Position numbers and translations under genes: made by a program. Below, piece after piece: positions 1-11,800 of a stretch of DNA of 64,000 nucleotides (position 1 is the stretch's first letter; each line of letters opens with the position of its first letter). Origin of the DNA: an uncultured delta proteobacterium (GTDB lineage Bacteria > Desulfobacterota > Desulfobacteria > Desulfobacterales > UBA2156); the NCBI GenBank assembly GCA_963736855.1, contig CAVTQK010000021.1, forward strand, positions 320,001 through 384,000, given 5' to 3'. The notes beneath the pieces were generated by a model. The model did no database searches. It was not told where the DNA came from and saw only the letters and a list, made by a program, of their open reading frames with translations.

Positions 1-1
1 T

Positions 2-364
2 CTGGAGTACGAATTTTCCTTACCTCCTGAAGATTATATTAGTCGGGGAGTCACAAAGCATATCCTCAGGAGAGTCGGAAAAAAATATTTGCCGGAAACA
101 ATAAGAATAGCCTCAAAACGTTCTGTGCAGACCCCACAAAGAGAGTGGTTTCGAAATGAACTATCGGAGTGGGTCAGAGATCAGATTGATAAGCCATCTT
201 TCTGGAATAGGGGATGGGTGGATAGGAAGCGAGGGAAAAAAAGCATGGAAGAATTTTTTAGGGGGAGAGGCGACAACTCTTTCTTTCTATGGCAGTGGAT
301 CAACCTTGAACTCTGGGCGGAATCTTTTTTAGATGATCCATTAAAGTTTACCAGAGTTCAGTGA
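2..364 (+). CDS. asnB: Asparagine synthetase-like amidotransferase, C-terminal part (5'-partial)
   Basis: The frame is open from base 2: LEYEFSLPPEDYISRGVTKHILRR...LPETIRIASKRSVQTPQREWFR...LWQWINLELW, typical of the AsnB C-terminus. Confidence 0.8.
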   Translation: MEYEFSLPPEDYISRGVTKHILRRVGKKYLPETIRIASKRSVQTPQREWFRNELSEWVRDQIDKPSFWNRGWVDRKRGKKSMEEFFRGRGDNSFFLWQWINLELWAESFLDDPLKFTRVQ

Positions 365-383
365 ATAGGGCAGCTTAGGTAAC

Positions 384-1703
384 ATGAAGATTATTGCATT
401 GCCTGTTGAAACGAAAGTCAGGGAACTCGACGGGAAATTCTGGCTTGCATTAAATTTGGCAGCCAGAGGGTACCGCGTCGCGCTTGGTGAACTGACGGAA
501 CTTAAAGCCAACTTACACTCGATTCGACCCAATGTATATGTTGGTGACAGCGCTGTTGAAAAGGAATCGCGACTGATCCTTTACGAGAAGCTTAAAAATG
601 CAAATATCATGGTGGCGGTTTTTGATACCGAAGGGGGAATTATTTATTCCCAGGACTATTATCGCGGCAGGCTTTCGAAAAACGTGCTGAAATATGTTGA
701 CTTGTATTTAGCCTGGGGTGAAGAAACAGCGAACATATTCAGGGAACATCTAGGAACCACGAATATCCGCGTTTATGTTACGGGAAATCCCAGTTTTGAT
801 TTACTTTCAAAGAGATATAGATCCTATTATCTTCCGGAATATGATGAAATCAAAAACAGATACAATAAATTCGTTTTGATCAACACTCACTTCGGCTTTT
901 TCAATCATTATGATAATGAAAAATATGTATTTCCATTAGTCTCTAAATTTCCGGGGCTCTATAATTTTAAAAAAGCTCTTTTTAATGAATTTATCAATGC
1001 TATTCGATATCTCAGCGTCCATTATCCTCAAATCAATTTTATCATTCGACCTCATCCTTCAGAAAATTTTGATACCTACCGAAGCCTGTTTTTAAACTCT
1101 AAAAATGTTTATGTCGAACATCAATACTCGGTTCATCCATGGGCGCTTGCAGCAAGCATGGTTATTCATAACAATTGTACTACAGGAGTAGAGTCTGTCC
1201 TTCTGGACAGACCGGTTATTTCCTATAACCCGATCCAAAATGACCGATGGGATGTGTTTTTGCCCACTTATGTGAGCAGAAAAGCGCTGTCAGTGAGTGA
1301 GCTCTCTGAAGCAGTGGATCAATTTTATGTGAAATTAGACAGGTCGGTTGAGTTATCCGTCGATCAGACAAATGAAATCCAAAAAAGCCTGCATTTAATT
1401 GATGGGAATTCAGCACAAAGAATATGTAATGCGTTTGATCATGAGCTGCAAAAAGAATTTGATATATTACCGATCAAAGATGGAATTTGGAAGCATTTTT
1501 CAGTAATAAAACGACTGCTGAAAAAAAGAACAAAAAAGACGATGGAATCCTCATCATATCTTAACCAAAAATTTTTTAACCTTAATTTTGAAGAACTTTT
1601 CGATAAATGGTCCCGATTAAAAAAAATCTCCGGCTTTGATTTTGATATAAAAATTTCTCCTTTTAATAAAAAAAATAATTTATTTTGGATATGCCGCGGT
1701 TAA
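384..1703 (+). CDS. Surface carbohydrate biosynthesis protein (TIGR04396-like)
   Basis: N-terminal ETKVRELDGK motif, DTEGG, TGNP.FD, RPHPSE and HNNCTTG motifs. Confidence 0.75.
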   Translation: MKIIALPVETKVRELDGKFWLALNLAARGYRVALGELTELKANLHSIRPNVYVGDSAVEKESRLILYEKLKNANIMVAVFDTEGGIIYSQDYYRGRLSKNVLKYVDLYLAWGEETANIFREHLGTTNIRVYVTGNPSFDLLSKRYRSYYLPEYDEIKNRYNKFVLINTHFGFFNHYDNEKYVFPLVSKFPGLYNFKKALFNEFINAIRYLSVHYPQINFIIRPHPSENFDTYRSLFLNSKNVYVEHQYSVHPWALAASMVIHNNCTTGVESVLLDRPVISYNPIQNDRWDVFLPTYVSRKALSVSELSEAVDQFYVKLDRSVELSVDQTNEIQKSLHLIDGNSAQRICNAFDHELQKEFDILPIKDGIWKHFSVIKRLLKKRTKKTMESSSYLNQKFFNLNFEELFDKWSRLKKISGFDFDIKISPFNKKNNLFWICRG

Positions 1704-1751
1704 TATTTTGTGTAATATCGAACAAAAAACCTCCTGCAGAAAAATAGCCAT

Positions 1752-3041
1752 TTGATAAAAGAATTCGTAAAAGAGAATCTGCCTTTTCGAATAAGATATT
1801 TTTTAAGAATAGATAATTATAAATATAACTCTTATTATTTATCTTTTTTGTTTAAACGGCTATTTCTTGGCCTTAAAAACAGATCATCCGCGATATCATT
1901 TCAACAAAAAATCTTCTCATTTAAAGTTGAATCAGACTCTGGGGAAAATATAGAACAAATATATTGATCAAGTTTTATCAAAAAGGAATTTGAGTTATAT
2001 CTCTGGAAGACATGTCTATTATGTAAATAAAGAAAAAGATATTTATAACTTGCTGCCATCATTACCTCACTTCTATCCGAAACCCATTGGATTAAAAATA
2101 ATAAAAAGTAATGTTATTTCTGATGACGGGACGCCTTATTATACGTCTAACAAAAATGCTCCATCATCTACATGGATTACCATGAAGGCTGTTGGGAGCA
2201 TAAAAGAAAAAATGATCATCAGCAATATGTTAAGTTTAAATGAAATGGCCCCTAGAGTTTTTGATTTAATTAAGATTAAAATTGGGCATTCATATTATTT
2301 TGCTTTAATTGTAGAGCATGTGGAAGGTAAAACAGTAACCGGGCACTGAAGCAGAAGATTTCATGGAAAAATTTAAAATCTTCCTAAAAAAATCAAATAT
2401 TTCTATTCTATGCCCACCATCGAGCAAAGATCTGAAACCACCTGATTTCAATTCTAATATCGTCAAAGACGCCAATGGAATCAAGTACGTCGATATTCAA
2501 AATTTCGGCTTATTCAATGAAGAATATTCATTTAGAAAGAGGGCAATTGGTTCCTTAAAGAAAAAATTGAATTCAATAAAACAACTCGATAACTTTTTAG
2601 AGAAAAATCAGATAAAACTCGATAAAAGCAAATTGTTCGTTTCATTTTCAAAAGAGCCTGAAGATTTTATTGAATATTTCTTAAGCAAAGGCGTTTCTTG
2701 GTGTCTGTTAAAAGATGGATATAAGACTAATCAAACACAAAAAACCAAATTGGAATTATTCAAAGCAGGGTTCAGTCGATTTGATATTTTTGAAAGTAAT
2801 TGCTTATCCAAGTTCAAAATACTCAAATATATGTTATGATCTGGGTGTTTTTGAATCTCTTAGTGAATTTGTTCAGGCCCTTAAAATAATACCCGGTATC
2901 AAAATGAATTACATTTTATTCATCACAGACAATGCGTTAAATTTTGAAGGAGAGTATCAACTTATAAAAAAAATTGATGAAACTATTATCGCTGAAGATA
3001 AGCAAAATTTGATAATTTCCTTATTCAAAAGAATATCCTAG
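1752..3041 (+). CDS. Putative protein-kinase-like fold protein, one gene split by about 3 frameshifts
   Basis: Four ORF fragments join. Removing one A at ~1960 gives EQYIDQVLSK and removing one G at ~2342 gives VTGTEAEDFMEK; a third shift lies at ~2790-2835. Motifs APRVFDLI, ALIVEHVEG, KDLKPPDFNSNIV, YVDIQNF. Confidence 0.5.
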
Positions 3042-3053
3042 CTTTTATTAATC

Positions 3054-4139
3054 TTGAAAATTAAGATCGGAATATTAGAAACTGGCATACCTCCCCAAAA
3101 AATCGGAGGATCAGAAATTCAGGCGTTTAAGCTTGCAACATATTTATCGAAAGACAATAAAGTTACAATTTTTACAAGAAGGTATTCCGGATCAGAAAAA
3201 TATGAAAAAATAAATGGGATCGATGTATTCAGAATCTCAGTCCTTCCCCCACCGTTTGTAATCCTTTCATATATATTCAACACCTTATATTGCATCTATA
3301 AACATCGAAAAAAAATTGATTTGCTTATATGCTTTCGTCTCTGGCCTAACGGTTTTATCGGAAAGTTGTTCAATATCATAACAAAGATACCCTTTTTAAC
3401 AAGCGTTCGGGGAGGCGATTGGTACTTTGTGGAACCTCATCTGTGGGGAAAAATTATTCTTTATCCGGTGATGAAAAAGGAAAACAAAATAGTGGTTCAG
3501 TCGGAGTCCATCGGAAATGAAATAAGAAAAAAATATCCTTATGTAAAAACGATCATTATCCCAAATGGCATAGAAGAAGATAAAAGATGGGCGCATGGTA
3601 ACTCTTTAATCTTCATCGGAAATCTCCTTAGACGAAAAGGCGTAAATATTCTCATCGATGCCATAGAAAAGGAAAATCGGATACCTGTCATAATTGCGGG
3701 AGAGGGTCCAGAAAGAAATAGATTAGTCAATAAAGTAAAAAATATGAAACTCGGACATATACAATTTGTCGGAAAGTTGAAACCTGAAAACGTGAAAGAA
3801 ATGATGATCAATGATGGTAAAATACTTGTTCTCCCCGCTATTGAAGGAGAAGGGTTTCCAAATGTTATTCTCGAAGCTTTATCTGTTGGGTTGCCAGTTA
3901 TTGCAAGCGATATCGCAGGGGTAAAAAATTTACTAAATGACGGTAACGCAGGGATTTTAGTTCAACCGAATGATACTGTTAAATTAAAAAGTGCAATTTT
4001 AAAATTATGGCTAGATGAATCAATGCAAAAAAAGCTTTCGTTGAATGGAAAACTGGCAGTATGTAAATATTCATGGAATGAAATTGTGCATAAATGGGAA
4101 GTGGAATTCGATAATATTTTTATGAAAAGAAAGAGTTGA
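3054..4139 (+). CDS. Glycosyltransferase family 4
   Basis: GGSE N-terminal motif; EGFPNVILEA (EX7E) motif. Confidence 0.9.
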   Translation: MKIKIGILETGIPPQKIGGSEIQAFKLATYLSKDNKVTIFTRRYSGSEKYEKINGIDVFRISVLPPPFVILSYIFNTLYCIYKHRKKIDLLICFRLWPNGFIGKLFNIITKIPFLTSVRGGDWYFVEPHLWGKIILYPVMKKENKIVVQSESIGNEIRKKYPYVKTIIIPNGIEEDKRWAHGNSLIFIGNLLRRKGVNILIDAIEKENRIPVIIAGEGPERNRLVNKVKNMKLGHIQFVGKLKPENVKEMMINDGKILVLPAIEGEGFPNVILEALSVGLPVIASDIAGVKNLLNDGNAGILVQPNDTVKLKSAILKLWLDESMQKKLSLNGKLAVCKYSWNEIVHKWEVEFDNIFMKRKS

Positions 4140-4143
4140 ATGC

Positions 4144-5289
4144 TTGTTCGGAAGTAATAAAATTAGAATTCTCTTTTTAATCGGAAGCTTTGACGTCGGA
4201 GGCAAAGAGAAGCAGTTGGCGTTGTTGATAAAGAACCTCCCTAAAAGCCGATATCAAATTTATCTGTTTTCAAAATATATTAGGACCCATTATTCAAAAG
4301 AAATTAAAAATAATGTTTATCATATTTATAACTTGAATAGAAATAACTTCAAGCTGTCGGATATTTTACGTTTAGGAATTATCGTACAAAAAATTCGACC
4401 GGATGTAATTTACAGCTGGGCTGAAACCACAAGCTATTTTTCACTGCTTGTTTTCTATTTTTATCGCTTATTGTTATCTTGTAAGTTTATACTAATTGAT
4501 GGGAGCATAAGAAGCGCGCCGGTCATTTCGACTTTGAGAATTCACATTCGGAGTTTGATATCATCTCTTTTTTCGGTCGTTGTTTCAAATTCATATTCAG
4601 GTTTAAAAGCATTTCACCAAAATGGCAAAAAAAATCGTTTTGTCCTGTTTAACGGAATTGAAATGAATAAGACGCCGTCAATTTCTAAAGAACATGCCAA
4701 ACAGGTTCTTGGCTTCCCTCAGAACAAAATTATTGTTTCAATGATTGCCAACCTAACGATAAAAAAGGATCACATGACTTTCCTCGAAGCCATAAAAACA
4801 ATTATTCAAAAACACGATGACGTTTTTTTCTATATTGTGGGAAAAGGCGATCAGGAAAATAAGCTGATAAAACTGGCGAAATCGTCAAACCTCGAAGCAT
4901 ATTTATCATTCCTGGGGAGTCGAAAAGATATCGAAATGATTTATAACGCTACAGATATTTCAGTACTTACATCAACATTCTGGCTGGGGGAGGGTATTTC
5001 AAACTCAATTCTTGAATCCTTCGCATGCAGTGTGCCTGTTATTGCTACAGACTCCCCGGGAACCCGTGAGATAATAAACGATGGTTTTAATGGCATCATT
5101 GTGCCTGCAGGAAATTCTAAGATACTTGCAGAGAAAATAGTTGAGCTGAAGGATAATCAAAAGCTACGAATAACAATGGGAAAAAATGGAAATTCATATA
5201 TAGCTGAAAAATTTGGAATTGATAGAATGATAACAGATTTCATGAAAATAATCGATAAATCGATCCAAAGCGCTAAACTTATAAATTAG
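4144..5289 (+). CDS. Glycosyltransferase family 4
   Basis: GGKEKQ, KKDH, EGISNSILES motifs. Confidence 0.9.
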   Translation: MFGSNKIRILFLIGSFDVGGKEKQLALLIKNLPKSRYQIYLFSKYIRTHYSKEIKNNVYHIYNLNRNNFKLSDILRLGIIVQKIRPDVIYSWAETTSYFSLLVFYFYRLLLSCKFILIDGSIRSAPVISTLRIHIRSLISSLFSVVVSNSYSGLKAFHQNGKKNRFVLFNGIEMNKTPSISKEHAKQVLGFPQNKIIVSMIANLTIKKDHMTFLEAIKTIIQKHDDVFFYIVGKGDQENKLIKLAKSSNLEAYLSFLGSRKDIEMIYNATDISVLTSTFWLGEGISNSILESFACSVPVIATDSPGTREIINDGFNGIIVPAGNSKILAEKIVELKDNQKLRITMGKNGNSYIAEKFGIDRMITDFMKIIDKSIQSAKLIN

Positions 5290-5332
5290 CAAACTAAAAT
5301 ATTCAAAATATTTGAATTTTTCAAATAATCCA

Positions 5333-7387
5333 ATGAAAAAATTGATTCAAAAAATAGATGATAGTTATTTCATAATCTATTTAACTTTCTATTTCTCAGT
5401 TACATTTATCATTGCTTTTCTTTTTATCGGAACCTTTTTAAAATATGACAATTTTAGAAGAGTTGTTTTTAAAATATATCCGATTGCCCCTCATGTCATT
5501 TTAATTGCTCTATTGGTGATTTTGATATTAAAAGGCTTCAAATTACAAAATCAAGTAGTTACAAGAATTATCTCTCACCTTAAATTGTTGTATATAAAAT
5601 TGAACAATAGAATATGGTTTCGATGGGGTCACCGTGCATTAATATCTGCAATGGGTATTTGTCTTTTTGTGATGCCCATCTTTTTATCCTGGCACACGCT
5701 ATATAATCAAAACACCCTTTTCGGAATTTTTCCTGCATCAGACGGGGGAGGATACTATAACGGAGCCAAAGAATTGCTCAGTACTGGAAAATTATCGATT
5801 GATATTAACCGGAGACCTGTAAATACATCATTTTACGCTGTAAGATTAGCACTGGTCGATCAAGATTATAGAAAAGCCATTATATTACAAGGAATTATCT
5901 TAGCAACATGTTGTCTGATATTATATCACATAATCGCTTTAACTCTTGATCGTAGCTCTGCTTTATTGTTTTTTATTTTATTGTTTCTGTTTGGCAAAAA
6001 ATATGTTGCTTCACCTTTAACTGAGCCCTTAGGGTTATCCTTAGGCGCCCTGTCCTTCGGGGTTGTCTGGTATTCAATCAAAGAAAAGAAAATATTTTAT
6101 TTTGCTTTAGGAATATTCATTTTCATGGTTTCACAAAGTGTTAGACCGGGACTCTTATTTATTTTTCCAGCCATTATGATCTGGTTTTTAGTTTCAAATA
6201 AAGCGTTCAATAAAAAGAAAATGTTTAATACTATTTCATTATTATTTATCGCTTTCTTTGGATTTTTTATTAACAGCTTAATAATATATTTATACGGAAA
6301 TAAAATTTCTTTAGGACAAGATAACTTAGTTTGTATCATTTATTCCATGTCAAAAGGAGAAGATGGATGGGAAAGTCATAAAATACTCTCAGACGAACAA
6401 AAAAACGACCTGTGGGAAGAAACGTATAAAGAAATAAAAAAAAATCCTGTCAATCTTTTAATAAGTATGAAAAAAAGAATCAAATCATTTGCATTTCAGG
6501 CAATAAAAGAAATGATATTAACAATATCCATTTGGAGCGATAAAATAATTATCAATGAAGAAGGTAAAAAACTGTTATACAATAAACTTGATCTTCAAAA
6601 AATCTTAGAAGTAATTGGATTAAATCAAAAGAGGATAATTGATATAATAATTAATATATTCTTTTTATTAAGTGGAATTTATTTTATCATAAAAAACAGA
6701 TTTAAAGAAGAATACAGATTTATTTTATTTACCACGGCAGGAATTTTTTTATCAGGATTCATAATTGGAAACGTAGACGTTAAAAGAATTATCCAACCTT
6801 CACTTCCGTTCATTTTAATTATCTATTCATTGGGTTTCTACAATATTTCGAAAAATAATGAGATGATTGTTGATACAATTGAAGGACCAGCTTCTACAAA
6901 AGCTTTTGCGAATATTTCCATAGCGATATTTATGATCATATTCATGAGCATCATAATTGGTCCAATCATTTCTTCAAAATATTATCAAAAAAATGATCAA
7001 AGAATTAACATAAATCAAGACAGTAATAATTTATTAATAACAGAAATAAGCAATAAAATGCCGCACTTGAAAATATTGAAGGAAGATATTGGAAAAATAT
7101 CATTTATTCCCGAAATTACTTTTGATGAATTTAAAAATGCGATGATTTTGCCTTATAATGAAAAAGATAAATATGGTTTTAAAAAATTGCTTGATTTAAA
7201 TCCACCTAAAATCATCGCCCTTGCTTTCAAGTTAAGTGGAAACAGAAGCGGAGATGGAGTTTATATTGTCGGAGATATCGATCTACTCAGTGATAATTGG
7301 AGACTTGTCAAGCTTTATGGAAAATATATTCATGATCCAATGTCGAAAAGAAAAATATTTTATATTGAAAAATATGAAGAAATCTAA
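5333..7387 (+). CDS. Polytopic membrane protein, probable GT-C-type glycosyltransferase
   Basis: Many hydrophobic segments; loop PASDGGGYY...RRP, LTEPLG and VRPG motifs; soluble C-terminal domain. ATG at 5333 preferred over TTG at 5312. Confidence 0.5.
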   Translation: MKKLIQKIDDSYFIIYLTFYFSVTFIIAFLFIGTFLKYDNFRRVVFKIYPIAPHVILIALLVILILKGFKLQNQVVTRIISHLKLLYIKLNNRIWFRWGHRALISAMGICLFVMPIFLSWHTLYNQNTLFGIFPASDGGGYYNGAKELLSTGKLSIDINRRPVNTSFYAVRLALVDQDYRKAIILQGIILATCCLILYHIIALTLDRSSALLFFILLFLFGKKYVASPLTEPLGLSLGALSFGVVWYSIKEKKIFYFALGIFIFMVSQSVRPGLLFIFPAIMIWFLVSNKAFNKKKMFNTISLLFIAFFGFFINSLIIYLYGNKISLGQDNLVCIIYSMSKGEDGWESHKILSDEQKNDLWEETYKEIKKNPVNLLISMKKRIKSFAFQAIKEMILTISIWSDKIIINEEGKKLLYNKLDLQKILEVIGLNQKRIIDIIINIFFLLSGIYFIIKNRFKEEYRFILFTTAGIFLSGFIIGNVDVKRIIQPSLPFILIIYSLGFYNISKNNEMIVDTIEGPASTKAFANISIAIFMIIFMSIIIGPIISSKYYQKNDQRININQDSNNLLITEISNKMPHLKILKEDIGKISFIPEITFDEFKNAMILPYNEKDKYGFKKLLDLNPPKIIALAFKLSGNRSGDGVYIVGDIDLLSDNWRLVKLYGKYIHDPMSKRKIFYIEKYEEI

Positions 7388-7428
7388 GCTTATTGTTTCA
7401 CTGAATAAAAGCGGATTACATTAACATT

Positions 7429-8843
7429 ATGTTTTTTAAAAGGGATTTTTATACAAAATAGGGTTGGACTCATTTCAACCCAGAATTACCAAAAGGAAAT
7501 ATTTAGGCTATACCGCTTTTTAATACCGGCAGGTGCAAAAGTTCTGGAAATTGGATGTAGGAACGGCAAATTATTATCAAGTATAAATCCTTCATATGGT
7601 CTTGGAATCGATAAGAGCCATGAAAAAATCGATCAAGCTAAAAGAAAAAATAAGGATAGTGCCAATCTTTCTTTTAAAGTTGGAGAGGCATCTAAATATG
7701 CTTATGAAAAAGAAGGATATTTTGATTACATTATAATATTCGATCTTTTGCCAATACTGGAAGACGTTCAGGAGGTTCTTGAAAAAATAAAGAATGTTTG
7801 CACTCCTAAAACAAGAATCATTACAAGCTTCCCGTCAAACCTTTGGCGGCCGATGATTTCCTTATATCGATATTTCGGAAATCATAATCGAAACGTAAAT
7901 TTTAATTGGTTTTCACTGACGGACGTTGAAAATATCATGAATCTAACCGGATTTGAGATCATTTCCAAGGGAGGACGAATTTTATTGCCTATTAATATAC
8001 CCATTGTCAGCCTTTTCATTAATCGATTATTGGTCCAAGTTCCACTTATTAAAAATCTGTGCTTAACCTGGTACATTGTTGCAAGATTGCTTTTTAATAG
8101 AAATGAAAAAGATGATTTGCCCTCAGTTTCCGTAATTATTCCGACACGCAATGAAAAAGGAAATATCGAAAGTGCATTTAAACGAATCCCCAAAATGGGA
8201 AAGTGGACCGAACTGGTGTTTATTGACGGTCAATCATCCGATGGAACGATTGAAGAGATAGAAAGATGCAGGGACCTATATCATGACCAGTGGAAACGCA
8301 TTTTAATGATACATCAAGAAGGGAAAGGGAAAGGAGATGCAGTAAGAAACGGTTTTGAAAGAGCCGAAGGAGACATTTTGATGATTTTAGATTCAGATCT
8401 GACGATGCCTCCTGAAAATCTGCCGAAATTTTATGATGCTTTGATCCAGAGGATACGGGGAATTAATTAATGGTTGCAGATTGGTTTATCCCATTGAAGG
8501 GGAAGCCATGAGGTTTCTAAATATGATCGTCAACTTTTTATTTGCGCATCTTTTTACATGGCTTTTAGGACAAGTCGTAAAAGATACTCTCTGCGGAACA
8601 AAAGCGATGTGGAAAACCGACTATAATTCAATTGAAAATAATCGTTCATATTTCGGAGAGTTTGATCCATTTGGTGATTTTGATCTTTTGTTTGGTGCCG
8701 CAAAGCTCAATAGAAAGATCATTGACCTTCCAATTAAATACAGGAAAAGAGAATACGGGAAAACCAAAATCAATCGATGGAGAGATGGAATACTTCTTCT
8801 TAGAATGAGCTGGGTAGGTTTTAAAAAATTGAAACTTACCTGA
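7429..8843 (+). CDS. Class I SAM methyltransferase-like + GT2 (polyprenol-phosphate glycosyltransferase-like) fusion, frameshifted
   Basis: The frame is open upstream of 7748 with LIPAGAKVLEIGCRNG...GID. GT2 motifs VIIPTRNE, LDSDLT, DTLCGTK, DPFGDFDLL. Frameshift at ~8450 (GYGELINGCRLVYP in the shifted frame) and a probable one in the T-run after ATG 7429. Confidence 0.75.
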
Positions 8844-8866
8844 AATTCAGTTGATATGTTCTTAAA

Positions 8867-11800
8867 ATGAAGTTTAAATTTATATTCAAATTGCTTAAAA
8901 ATAAATTGAAATATGTCATTTGCTATTTAATAAATAGACAATTTCGATCGATAAGGACTTCAGGATTATTCGACTCCACATTTTATCTTGAAAAAAATGA
9001 AGACGTCTTAAACTTCTCCATCAACCCGTTGATGCATTATTTATATTTCGGGGCCAATGAAGGGCGGGATCCCAACCCGTTGTTTGACACGTCGTATTAT
9101 CTATCCCGGAATCCCGATGTGGCGGATAGCGGCATGAACGCTCTGGCCCATTATGTTTCAATCGGGTGGAAGGAAGGCAGGGATCCTCATCCGTTGTTTG
9201 ATACGTCCTATTATTATTCGCAGTGTCCCGAGGCCAGGGAAGCCGGGATCAGTGCATTATCGTATTATTTTCAGAACAAGGACCGGGATATATCTCCCCA
9301 TCCCTTGTTCGATCCTTTGTATTACCGGGATATGAATCCGGACATTGCCGGGTCCGGCTGGAATTCCTGTATCCATTATTTATGGCACGGGGCCGATGAA
9401 GGGCGGGATCCTCACCCGTTGTTTGACACATCCTATTATTTATCCAGGAATCCCGATGTGGCCGCTAGCGGCATGAACGCTCTGGCCCATTATGTTTCAA
9501 TCGGGTGGAAGGAAGGGCGGGATCCTCACCCGTTGTTTGACACGACCTATTATTATTCGCAGTGTCCCGAAGCCAGGGATGCCGGGATCAGTGCGTTATC
9601 GTATTATTTTCAGAACAAAGACCGGGATGTCTCTCCCCATCCCTTGTTTGATCCTCTGTATTACAGGGACATGAATCCGGACATTGCCGGGTCCGGCTGG
9701 AATTCCTGTATCCATTATTTATGGCACGGGGCTGGTGAAGGACGTGATCCCAACCCACTGTTTGACACGTCGTATTATCTATCCCGGAATCCCGATGTAG
9801 CCGACAGCGGGATGAACGCTCTGGCACATTATGTTTTAACCGGGTGGAAAGAGGGAAGAGATCCTCATCCGTTGTTTGATACTCATTTTTATTATGCACA
9901 ATATCCGGATGAGAGTTCCAAAGGGATCAGTGCGTTACACCATTTTTTCAATAATTATGATAAAGAGGTTTATTCCCATCCTCTGTTCGATCCATTGTAT
10001 TACCGGGACATGAATCCGGACATTGCCGGGTCCGGCTGGAATTCCTGTATCCATTACTTATGGCATGGGGCCAAAGAAGGCAGGGATCCTAACCCGTTGT
10101 TTGACACATCGTATTATCTATCCCGGAATCCCGATGTAGCCGACAGCGGCATGAACGCTCTGGCACATTATGTTTCAATCGGGTGGAAAGAAGGGAGGGA
10201 TCCCCATCCGTTGTTTGATACGTCGTATTATTACTCGAACTGCCCTGAAGCCAAGGAATCCGGGGTAAACGCATTATCGTATTACTTTCATAACCAAGAT
10301 CAGGACATATCCCCCCATCCCCTGTTCGATCCTTTGTATTACAGGGATATGAATCCGGACATTGCCGGGTCCGGCTGGAATTCCTGTATCCATTACTTAT
10401 GGCACGGGGCCAGTGAAGGGAGGGATCCAAGCCCTTATTTCGACTCTGGGTACTATCAAAATCATGATGGAGTCGATTCGTCAGTTAATCCGTTGGATGC
10501 ATTTTCTACTTTATGGATCCAAATTAATGATAAAACCGCATCCACTTTTTGATACAAATTATTATATGGTAAATAACCCGGATGTTTTGAAATCCGGTAT
10601 GAATCCATTGATCCATTATGCACTATTCGGATGCAGGGAGGGAAGGAAGACATTTAGGCCTCAAAGAAAGATGCTCTATGAGCCCAACATACTGATTATT
10701 GCATGGATTGATGAATATGATGAGCAAGCTATTCGAAATGGAATTGAATCGATACAGAATCAAGAGTACGAAAATTGGCAATTATTGATTCTTTACGATA
10801 AAAACCCGGAGATGTTTTCAAACCCAGCTGAATATTGTTTGAAATTAGACCGAGAGAGAATAAAATTGGTGAATAAAGGGATCCATGATCTCGATGGTAT
10901 TCTTTATGATGCCGCATTGAAATCCGAAAGCGAATGGGTAGCCTATGTCAATCTATGCGATGAATTGACTCCGAACGCACTAATAGAAGTTGTAAGATTG
11001 TTGAATCAATCTTCCGATATGGATCTCATTTACACCAATGAAGATCATATTACTCAGGAAGGAAGGTTTATCGAACCGTTTTTTAAGCCTGATTGGTCAT
11101 TAGAGCTTTTCAGAAAAATGGATTATATAAGCCGATTTTTTTTGATTCGGAGGGATATCGCATTTCAGGCAGGTTTATTCACAGGAAGTTTTGAAGATTT
11201 TGAACAAAGGAAGCTTTTACTAAAATTATTTGAAAAATCAGTAAAAATCTCTCATATCGATAAAATCCTTTTCCATCGAAGACATTTCAATGAAAACAGT
11301 GGGTTAAATGATAATAGCCGGCTTAATGAAGAATGGTCTAAGTTTTTAGCATTACATTTTGAAAGAATGGATTCGAAAGCGGTGGCCCAACGCCGCGAAC
11401 AGGATTCACTTGTAAACATATCTCCAACATCAAAAGAAAATCATCCTTTAACAAGTATAATAATATACTCACGGAATGGAATTACTTTAACATCCGAGTG
11501 GATGAGCCAATTGTCTCAATGCGCTTCGAATTATACCCGTTATGAAACGATTGTTGTTGGTTCAAATCACCAATGTGAATTCGAAAACAAAGACATGGAG
11601 CAGCTTCCTGTCATTGTAAAGAATTCTAATAACTTAGCTTTTTTACTTAACGAATCAAGCAGGGTAAGTAAAGGAGATTTTCTGTTTTTTTTAAATGTTG
11701 ACGATCAGCCTGTCGAAACAATAAATTTTCAAAAATTTTTGTTTTATGCCAAACAGGCTGATACTGGCGCGGTCGGAAGTCAAATTGGAAGACCTGTGTT

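Noticed and set aside
9153..9674. Two similar 60-aa + strand ORFs (MFQSGGRK...)
   Set aside because: They are alternative-frame read-outs of the 339-bp repeat, not separate genes.
9059..10414. Regular DNA repeats as a CRISPR array or diversity-generating retroelement template
   Set aside because: The units are in-frame 339-bp coding repeats with no unique spacers, and there is no cas or reverse transcriptase gene in the window.
10480..10510. Programmed ribosomal frameshift between the repeat array and the GT2 domains
   Set aside because: There is no slippery heptamer, the shift falls mid-repeat, and it matches the single-base insertion pattern seen across the window.
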